Part shown: positions 51,514-60,639 of the stretch, piece by piece
How the letters are laid out: every line of letters begins with the position of its first letter
How positions within the stretch are numbered: position 1 is the first letter of the stretch
Source: Chiloscyllium plagiosum
Taxonomy: Eukaryota
DNA length: 64,000 bases
Assembly: GCF_004010195.1 (NCBI RefSeq)
Contig: NC_057755.1
Span: 12,208,966 to 12,272,965, forward strand
Reading direction: 5' to 3'
The notes under the pieces: model-generated
Told to the model about the DNA's origin: nothing
Seen by the model: the letters and a program-made list of their open reading frames with translations, nothing else
The model's database searches: none
Program-made: the position numbers and the translations under genes

Positions 51514-52216
51514 TAATGAACCTTCCAGCCCAGTGAATGAACTTATATCCAGAATGACCTAATCTTCCAACTTCCTCCCATGTTACATTTCTGTCCTTCA
51601 TCAGATGCAGTGAAGTAAAGAAGCTCAGTGCAAGCTGGAGGAACAATACCTTTCTTTCTGGTTGAGCACTTTGCAGGCTCTAAAACTCAATATTGAGTTC
51701 CCAACTTTAGAGTATGATCTCTGTCCTCTGTTGTTAATACATAACTCCTGCCCTGTTGTCTTTTTGACTCTATTCTCAGCAGAATGGACTAATGGGTGGC
51801 ATGGTGGCTCAGTGGTTAGCACTGCTGCCTCAGTGCCAGTTTGATTTCAGCCTTTGGTGACTGCCTGTGTGGAATTCGCACATTCTCCCCCGTCTGCGTG
51901 GGTTTCCTCCCACAGTCCAAAGATGTGCAGGTTACATGAATTGGAGAGTCAGATGCTGCCTGACCTGCATCTGCAGTCCTCACTTTCTCCAGGTTAGGTG
52001 AATTGACTGTGCTAAATTGCTCATAGTGTTCAAGGATGTGGGGAGATTAGGTGCATTCATCAGACGTAATTGTCAAATAATAGGGTAGGGGAATGGGTTT
52101 GGTGATTTACTCTTTTGAAGGGTCGATGTGGACTTGTTGGGCCAAATGGCCTGTTTCGACACTGTATGGATTCTGCTGTTGCTGTGGTTCTGTTCGCCGA
52201 GCTGGAAGTTTTTGTT

Positions 52217-52256
52217 GCAAACGTTTCGTCCCCTGTCTAGGTGACATCCTCAGTGC
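52217..52256 (-). ncRNA. Minimal hammerhead ribozyme motif, PLE family D
   Basis: Reverse complement reads GCA-CTGAGGA-T-GTCACCT-AGAC-AGGGGAC-GAAAC-GTT-TGC. Confidence 0.62.
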
Positions 52257-52878
52257 TTGGGAGCCTCCTGTGAAGCACTTCTGTGGTATGGATTCTATGA
52301 TCTTGTGATTTCCACACATTCATTTATATCCATATCTCTTCTGTACCACCATTTGTCAGTCCCTTTTTTTCACTCTGGGCATCCTCAATCTGTTCCACTT
52401 GCTCCTCCTGCCCCTCTGTCAAAAACACAAAAAAAAAATCACGATTTTCTAGTTACTTTCACTTTGAAAGAAGTCATATTCAAACTTAAAAATTAACTCT
52501 GTTTCTCCATACATACTGCCAGACCTACTGAATTTCTCCAGCATTTGTTTTGATTTTAGTTTGCAGCACTTGCAATATTTAGCTTTTATGATTTTAATCA
52601 TTTGGAGGTAGGGACCAAAGGTGATAGTTCCAAATTTGTAAATAGTGTAAGACTAAGTGGGAGCGTGTTGTGAGAAAGATGTAAAGTTGATTCAGGAGGA
52701 TTCGGACAGGCTTAATTAATGGGCAAGAGCAAGGAAGATAAAATATAATACAGAAAAATGTCAGGTTATCCACTCTTGGTAAGAGAAACAGATATGCAAA
52801 GTATTTTAAGTGGTAAGACATTAACATTTTCCAATGTACAAAGGGACCCAAGTATCCTTGTAGACAAGTCATTGTAGG

Positions 52879-53749
52879 AGAAAGTGAGGACTGCAGATGC
52901 TGGAGATCAGAGCTGAAAATGTGTTGCTGGAAAAGCGCAGCAGGTCAGGCAGCATCCAAGGAGCAGGACGTTTCGGACATAAGCCCTTCAGGAATGAGGA
53001 AAGTGTGTCCAGCAGGCTAAGATAAAAGGTAGGGAGGAGGGACTTGGGGGAGGGGCGTTGGAAATGCGATAGGTGGAAGGAGGTCAAGGTGAGGGTGATA
53101 GGCCAGAGTGGGGTGGGGACGGAGAGGTCANNNNNNNNNNNNNNNNNNNNNNNNNNNNNNNNNNNNNNNNNNNNNNNNNNNNNNNNNNNNNNNNNNNNNN
53201 NNNNNNNNNNNNNNNNNNNNNNNNNNNNNNNNNNNNNNNNNNNNNNNNNNNNNNNNNNNNNNNNNNNNNNNNNNNNNNNNNNNNNNNNNNNNNNNNNNNN
53301 NNNNNNNNNNNNNNNNNNNNNNNNNNNNNNNNNNNNNNNNNNNNNNNNNNNNNNNNNNNNNNNNNNNNNNNNNNNNNNNNNNNNNNNNNNNNNNNNNNNN
53401 NNNNNNNNNNNNNNNNNNNNNNNNNNNNNNNNNNNNNNNNNNNNNNNNNNNNNNNNNNNNNNNNNNNNNNNNNNNNNNNNNNNNNNNNNNNNNNNNNNNN
53501 NNNNNACAATCTTCTTCCTGACCTCTCCACCCCCACCCCACTCTGGCCTATCTCCCTCCCCTTGACCTCCTTCCACCTATCGCATTTCCAACACCCCTCC
53601 CCCAAGTCCCTCCTCCCTACCTTTTATCTTAGCCTGCTGGACACACTTTCCTCATTCCTGAAGAAGGGCTTATGCCTGAAATGTCTATTCTCCTGTTCCT
53701 TGGATGCTACCTGACCTGCTGCGCTTTTCTAGCAACACATTTTCAGCTC
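52879..53749. mobile_element. Fold-back PLE derivative, family A, with N gap 53131-53505 in the centre
   Basis: Inverted terminal arms; AGACAAGTCATTGTAGG at both 52862-52878 and 53750-53766. Confidence 0.82.
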
Positions 53750-53987
53750 AGACAAGTCATTGTAGGCTAATACGCAGTGCTACGAACTATTAGGAGACCA
53801 ATGGAATTGGTCTCCTAATAGTTCGTCTCCCTTCATTGCTAGAGCATTTGAGCCACAGGAGTAATTATATAGGAACTTGGTTAGACCATACCTGGAGTAT
53901 TGTTTATAGTTTTGATCTCCTTAACTCAAGAAGGGTATTATTGCTATTTTAGAGGGAGTACAGCAAAGGTTCCCCAGGCTTGTTTCT

Positions 53988-55361
53988 CCTCACCCTTAAC
54001 AATTTCTCCTTTGAATCTTCCCATTTCCTCCAGATGAAGGGGATAGCTATAAGCCCCAGCTATGCCTGTCTCTTTGTTGGCTATGTAGAACAGTCCATCT
54101 TCTGTAGTTACACTGGCACCAGTCCCCACCTCTTCCTCCGCTACATTTATGACTGCATCAGTGCCACCTTATGCTCCCGCGAGGAGGTTGAGCAGTTCAT
54201 CAGCTTCACCAACACTCCATCCTGACCTTAAATTCACCTGGACCAACTCTGATACCTCCCTCACCTTCCTGGACCACTCCACCTCCATCAATGATGTCCG
54301 ACTCAACACTGACATTTTTTTACAAACCCACCCTACCTCCTGCAAAATCGCTATCCCGTATTCCCAATTCCTATACCTCTGCCGTATCTGCTCCCAGGAG
54401 GACCAGTTCCACCACAGAACACACCACATGGCCTCATTCTTTAAAGACTTAATTTCCCCCCTCACATGGTTGAAGATGCCCTCCAATGCATCTCATCCAC
54501 GTCCTGCACCACGGACATCAAACCCCATCCCTCCAACCTCAAGGACAGAAATCCCTGGTCTTCACCTTCTACCCCACCAACCTCCAAATAAATCGCACCA
54601 TCCGCTGACATTTCTGCCACCTACAAACAGACCTCACCACCAGGGATATATTTCCCTCCCCACCCCAATCTGCTTTCTGCAAAGACCATTTCCTCCATGA
54701 CTACCTGGTTAGGTCCACGCCCCCCAACAACCCATCCTCCATGTCATTTATTGTATTTGTTGCTCCCGATGCGGTCTCCTTTACAGTGGGGAGACTGGAC
54801 GCCTTCTCGCAGAGTGCTTTAGGGAACATGTCAGGGACACCCGCACCAATCAAGCCCACCACTCGATGACTGAACATTTCAGCTCCCCCTCCTATTCTGC
54901 CGAGGACATGCAGGTCCTGAGCCTTCTCCACTGCCACTCCCTCACCGCCCAACGCCTGGAGAAAGAAGGCATCATCTTCCGCCTTGGAACGCTTCAACCC
55001 CAGGGCATCAATGTGGACTTCACCAGTTTCCTCATTTCCCCCCACTTATCCCAGTTCCAACCTCATGACCTGTCCTACCTGCCAATCTTCCTTCCCACCT
55101 ATCCGCTTCACCCTCCTCTCCAACCTATCACCTTCATCCCCACCTCTATCCACCTACTGCACTCTTAGCTACCTTCTCCCCAGCCCCACACCCTCCCATT
55201 TATCTCTTCACCCCAGAGGCTCCCAGCCTCATTCCTGCTGAAGGGCTCCTGCCCGAAACAATGATTTTCCTGCTCCTTGGATGCTGCCTGACCTGCTGTG
55301 CTTTTTCAGCACCACTCTAATCTTGACTCTGATCTCTAGCATCTGCAGTCCTCACTTTGGT
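53988..55361 (+). mobile_element. Penelope-like element fragment, family A (RT C-half, GIY-YIG, terminal repeat)
   Basis: LTLNNFSFESSHFLQMKG, PSYACLFVGYVE, CKIAIPYSQFL, IFRLGTLQPQGINVDF. Confidence 0.88.
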
Positions 55362-56199
55362 CTTGTTTCTGAAATGAATCAAGTGTGCGGTGCTGGAAAA
55401 GCACAGCAGGTCAGGCAGCATCCAAGTAGCAAGAAAATCAACAGTTTGGGCAAAAGCCCTTCATCAGAGTTCCTGATGAAGGGCTTTTGCCTGAAATGTC
55501 GATTTTTTTTTTTCCTCCCTGTTCCTCGGATGCTGCCTGACCTGTGCCTTTCCAGCTGCTGTACTCACTTTCTCCTTGTTTCTGAAATGGTGGAACTTCC
55601 TATGAAGAGACATCGGGCAAATATTAACGGATTGACAGGGTTAATAAGATGTTACCTCTGGGGGCCCCATTTAAAAATAAAGAGATGTCAATTAGAACTG
55701 ACTTGAGGTGCAGTTATTTTACACAGAGGTTGGTGAACTTTTAGCTCTCTGCGGTAGAAGCTTCTTTTGATCATGTTCAAAGGAGAGATTGATAGTCAGA
55801 CTAACCATCAGAAATCTACTAATTGGCAATGATACTATGGGGTCAGGTGGATAAAGGTCATTGAAGTGTTTGATCAGTCCTGATTGTACTGAATAGCCTA
55901 CTATCGACCCTGTCTACTTATTGGGGTTTTGGTTGCATGTATTTATTGGGGTTTATTTTGTGTGGTGGGGTAGTTTCTGTAGTGAGATTTCTCTGACAGG
56001 TGGTTTGTCTATTTGTTGGGGTTTTACTTAGGGTTTTGTTTTTGGGATGTTACCTTATTTATTTTGGGGGCTGCTTGTTTATTGGAGTTTATTTCTGGAA
56101 ATTGTTTGTCCATTTATGGAGCTATATTCAGGATGTTTGTATTTATTAGGGTTTGCTTTGAGGGTTTGATGTATTTATTTTGATTATTTGAAGGGTCTG

Positions 56200-56860
56200 G
56201 CTGTCTCCATGGTGACCCTAGGTCTTGGGGTCCTGCAAGATCTAGCTGCCCGCGCAGTGCCTGGTTTCTCGGAGCCGATCTGTCTCCGCACCAGGGCCGG
56301 CTCCTTGCTCCGGCCCGTTCCCCATGTGGCTGAACCGCAGTTTCAGGCTCCTGGGCCTGCTCCCAGGCCCGCTCCGAGCTGCCGGTCGTCGCGTGGTCCG
56401 CGGGAGCGGCTCGAAAAGTCCTGACACCTCCCTGTTTGTGCCGCTATCGCCCAGAGTGAGCCCGGGGCCCGAGGGGAACGTCGGAGCTGAACTGAGCCGG
56501 GAACTGGACAAGAGTGAGAGCGGGGCTGAGGGAGCTGTGGGGCGGGAACTGTTGCGGGCGAGTCTGGAGGACACTGAAAGACTCGATGCCCCCCGCCTTA
56601 GTTAAAGAATGGGAATCCGGTGTCCCTCCTCAGCACGGACTGCAAAGTCTTGGACAGAGCACTTTGGACTCCTCTCTGTTCAATACCGGACCACACGGTC
56701 CGCCCAGGCCAGTCCCACACCGTCCCGGGCCGGCACATTCATAGCAGGGAGCCCCTGTTCCAAGACTGAAACGGCTGGCCCATGGGGGGGCCTTTCTCTC
56801 CCTCAGTCAGCCGAAGGCAATTGATAGCGTGGTTCACAGCTCGGCATTCTGAGAGCTTTT
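56200..56860 (+). promoter_or_regulatory. CpG-rich island / probable SUPV3L1 promoter and exon 1, with X-box-like GTCTCCATGGTGAC at 56203-56216
   Basis: Abrupt rise in GC and CpG around the first coding exon. Confidence 0.7.
56324..56513 (+). CDS. SUPV3L1: SUPV3L1 first coding exon (mitochondrial RNA helicase Suv3) with presequence-like N-terminus, MWLNRSFRLLGLL...KSPDTSLFVPL...GNVGAELSRELDK
   Basis: TSLFVPL and VGAEL.R.LDK match vertebrate SUPV3L1; Arg-rich, acid-free N-terminus; in-frame TAG upstream at 56243; GTGAG donor; CpG-rich setting. Confidence 0.9.
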
Positions 56861-58140
56861 GGGTTTGGGATGCACTTTGCCTGGGTCTAAATTCCATACG
56901 TCATCACAGAGCACCTAGTGAATGTTAGCAGGTCCCTGTCCTTTGGGAGAGGAGTGTGTGAAGGTTGCCCCTTGTCTGGTCCTCTGTGTGGAAGCAACTG
57001 TCAGGTTTGGCACTGCATGGACAGGGGTTGGAGGTGGTCCTGTCCGCATACGTGCATGCTCCTCATGTTCGTGGACCCAGATGACTTGCAGAGAATGCTT
57101 TGAGTCATAGAGATGTACAGCATAGAAACAGACGAGATATCCCAACCCAATCTAGTCCCACCTGCCAGCACCCGGCCCATATCCCTCCCAACTCTTCCTA
57201 TTCATATACCCATCCAAATGCCTCTTAAATGTTGCAATTGTACCAGCCTCCACCACTTCCTTTGGCAGCTCATTCTGTACCTGTACCACCCTCTGTGTGA
57301 AAAAGTTGCCCCTTAGGTCTCTTTTATATCTTTCCCCTCTCACCCTAAACCTATGCCCTCTAGTTCTGGACTCCCCGACCCCAGGGAAAATACTTTGTCT
57401 ATTTACCCTATCCATGACCCTCATAATTTTGTAAACCTCTAGAAGGTTACCCCTCAGCCTCTGACGCTCCAGGGAAAACAGCCCCAGCCTGGTGAGGAAA
57501 TTAGATTAGATTAGATTAGATTAGATTACATTACAGTGTGGAAACAGGCCCTTCGGCCCAACAAGTCCACACCGACCCGCCGAAGCGCAACCCACCCCAC
57601 CCCCTACATTTACCCAGGAAACCCACGCAGACACGGGGAGAACGTGCAAACTCCACACACAGTCAGCCTGTTCAACCTCTTCCTATAGCTGAAATCCTCC
57701 AACCCTGACAACATCCTTGTATATCTTTTCTAAACCCTTTCAAGTATCACAACATCTCTCCGATAGGAAGGAGTTCCCAGGAGGTCTACTCCGCAGCGAT
57801 TCCTGCAAGGATCAACTGGGGTAAATGTTGGGGATTTCTGGTCAGTCAGTGCCAGAACCCTGCAGGATGAGCTCCAGTGCATCACATGGAGTACCACCTG
57901 TGCCTGGGAGTCTATCTTTGCCTTGCTGAGAAATCCTGGCCAGCGAATTGGCAAAAGGTGGAAACCAAGATGACCACTCGCTTAAGACACTGGACAGAAT
58001 TCCTCCAAATGTTGTCTTACAGGGCCTGAGTGCTGGTCTCAAACCAGCTGGTGCTTCAATGACTGTTGGACACCATGGTCCCTCCCCTGGCTTTATCACG
58101 ACCACTCAGAGAGAGCCCGTTGAATTTTTCTGAGACAAAA
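56600..58140 (+). mobile_element. Tx1/L1-clade non-LTR retrotransposon RT remnant, split by a CR1 insertion (57105-57770)
   Basis: From 56602: LKNGNPVSLLSTDCKVLDRAL...VRPGQSHTVPGRHIH; later FGRGVCEGCPLSG, LLMFVDPDDLQRM, and after the insert QEVYSAAIPARINWGKC. Confidence 0.75.
57105..57770 (-). mobile_element. CR1 3' end containing an internally deleted HE1 SINE (57492-57663) with (TTAGA)n tail
   Basis: ORF 57152..57424 SRTRGHRFRVRGERYKRDLRGNFFTQRVV; CAGCCTG at both 57485-57491 and 57664-57670. Confidence 0.85.
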
Positions 58141-58426
58141 GGCAACTGCTGCTGCAGTTCTGAGTCTCCTGCTTGAGGAGGGCAGTCAACTGCTGGGGAG
58201 AAGGTGGCGAGGGAGGTGTGAGGTGAAGGAAACAAAGGAGGTGGAGAGGGAGCAAGGGACGGGGGTGTGCAAGGGAGAAGGGCGCAGGAGAGGAGGTGGG
58301 GGGGCAAGAGGTCTGTGGAGGGTAGGCAGTACAAGGTGTTTGGGATGGCAGAGGAACAGAAAAAGTTCTGGAATAAAGCACAGATTTGTTCCTTGTTTGT
58401 CAGCATTTGATTTGTATTTTTGGTAG

Positions 58427-58504
58427 GTGAGGCACTCAAAGTGTTGAATAAATTCTACAAACGGAAGGAGATGCAGAGACTGGGCAGTGAGAGTGGCCTT
58501 GATG
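58427..58504 (+). CDS. SUPV3L1: SUPV3L1 exon 2, (S)EALKVLNKFYKRKEMQRLGSESGLD
   Basis: tttttggtAG / GTAAGT, 78 bp, phase 1-1. Confidence 0.95.
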
Positions 58505-58932
58505 GTAAGTAAAATCTGTGTGGACCCTTTCTGACAGTAACTGCATCGTTCAGACTCAAACATGTGGTCAGTTATTTCTGTATCTGTGTTCACGGGGAAC
58601 TGGTCAGGTGTGCTGGTCAGTTGCTTCAGTCTGTGCTCACAAGGTGCTGGTCAGTTGTCATTGTGTCCGTAGTCTATTCTCTGTGTCTGCTGTTCGTTTT
58701 CACTATGTTCGTGTTGAAAAGGTCCATTCTGTGTTTCTGTCTATCACCTCTGTGGGCTGATAGGATTATGGTCTGCTCACAGAAGATCCATTGTCCTAAT
58801 CGCAAATGGTGAACTTCTAGCTCTGTTTTCTATTTAGAGTAATTTATTGTGGTGTGAGGGAGTAAGAAAATAAATGTCTTCATGACTGACTCTGTACTCA
58901 AGTCCCCAACAAATAAAGGCAAGTATACCATA

Positions 58933-59265
58933 TCCCTTCAACCCCAGGGCATTAATGTGGACTTCACCAGTTTCCTCATTCTCCCCCCCCCACCACCTTA
59001 CCCCAGTCCCAACCTGCCAGCTCAGTACCATCCTCATGACCTGTCCCATCTGTCAATCTTCCTTTCCACCTATCCCTCCACCCTGCTCTCTGACCTATCA
59101 CCTTTACCCCTTCCTCCATCCACCTGTTGCACTCTTAGCTACCTTCTCCCCAGCCTCCCATTTATCTCTCCACCCCTGATGCATCCAGCTTCATTCCTTA
59201 TGAAGGGCTCCTGCCGGAAATATGGATTTTCCTGCTCCTCAGATGCTGCCTGACCTGCTGTGCAT
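58933..59265 (+). mobile_element. PLE family A 3' fragment with eroded hammerhead
   Basis: LQPQGINVDFTSF; tail GATGCTGCCTGACCTGCTGTGC. Confidence 0.8.
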
Positions 59266-59446
59266 TTCTTGACAGATATGTAGGTCTGCCTGTGCAGGAT
59301 AGTGAGGCTGAAATCTGGAAACAGTGTAACTACAGCTGAGGAGATGGGAATGAGTGTGTTGGAGAAGGAAACTCTCACATCATTAGTCTTTTCTATTGAA
59401 GGCAGATTTTTCTCAATTTTTCTCTAAACATTTGTATTCTGCACAG

Positions 59447-59554
59447 CTCGGCTTTTCCACCAGGCTTTCATTAGTTTTCGAAAGTATGTGATGGAAGCTG
59501 AATCTCTGAATGTGGATTTACACATCATCCTGAATGATATCTGCTGTGGTGCAG
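59447..59554 (+). CDS. SUPV3L1: SUPV3L1 exon 3, (A)[35 protein letters not shown]
   Basis: gcacAG / GTAAGA, 108 bp; [11 protein letters not shown] motif. Confidence 0.96.
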
Positions 59555-59659
59555 GTAAGAACTGTACTAACCCTGTTCTCGATACACTACATGGATAAGT
59601 TTCATTGCCCCAGAACAAGTGATAGTACACGTGGTACTGAAAGAAGTGACTGTATACAG

Positions 59660-60590
59660 TCGTTATAACATTGAATTGTACAGCCCATGATTTTGTGCCT
59701 GCCCTTGGTCCACTTCCTCCATTCCTTGCGTATTCATGTGCTTATCTAAAAGTCCCTTGAATGCCCTTATCATATCAGCCTCCACAACCACCCATGGCAG
59801 TGTGTTCCAGACTCCTACCAAGATTTTGACCATGAACCCAATCTATCCATTCATAATTTACAAACTTCTATCAAGTCTCCCCTCAGCCTCTGTCGCTCAA
59901 GAGAAAACAACCTGAGTTTTTCTAGTCTCTCCTCGTAGCTCATATCCTCTAATCCAGGCAGCATTGTGGTATACCTCTTCTGCATCCTCTCCAAATCTTC
60001 CACATCCTTTCATCTAATACAGCGACCAGAATTGGACATAATACCCGAGGTGAGGCCTAACTAAAGTCACATAAATCTGCTCCGTTACATTCTGACTCTG
60101 TACTCAATTCCCCATCCAATAAAGGCAAGCGTACCATATGCCTTCTTTACCATCCTAAGTGTGGCCACTTTCAGGGAGTGGTGGACTTGAACCCAAGATC
60201 CTTCTATGCATCATTGCTGTTCAGAGTTCTGCCATTAACTGTATGCTTTTCCTTAACAAGCAATCTCCCAAAGTGAGCACCTCACACTTGCCCAGGTTAA
60301 ACTCCATCTGCTATTTCTCTGCTGATATATACAACTACTTTATATCCCACTGTATCCTTTTGATGATCTTCTACACTTTCCACCACTCCTCCAATTTTTG
60401 TTTTGTCTGCAACTTGCTAACTCACCCATCTCCATTTTAATCCAAGTCATTTACATATACCACAAACAGCTGAGATCCCATTGTGGATTCCTATGGAACA
60501 CCACTAGTCATGGATCTCCAGCCTGAAAACATTTTTCCACTACTACCCTCTCCTGCTGTTGTCAAACCAATTCTGAATCCATGTGGATTA
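59660..60590 (-). mobile_element. Decayed CR1 3' half
   Basis: Reverse-complement similarity to other CR1 RT/3' ends. Confidence 0.7.
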
Positions 60591-60639
60591 TGTTACAATG
60601 CTGTTGTGGTTCTGTTCGCCGAGCTGGAAGTTTTTGTTG

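Larger units (their letters stand above)
48340..52590 (+). mobile_element. Old, heavily decayed Neptune-like PLE hosting several younger insertions
   Basis: Remnants such as SKGLCFIPL, NLVYCIHC...LLYIGET, KLEEQYLSFWLSTLQALKLNIEF; PLE-type tail at 52450-52590. Confidence 0.7.

Noticed and set aside
56188..56574. Overlapping and antisense ORFs at SUPV3L1 exon 1
   Set aside because: Expected in GC-rich sequence; only the 56324 frame has homology and a matching splice donor
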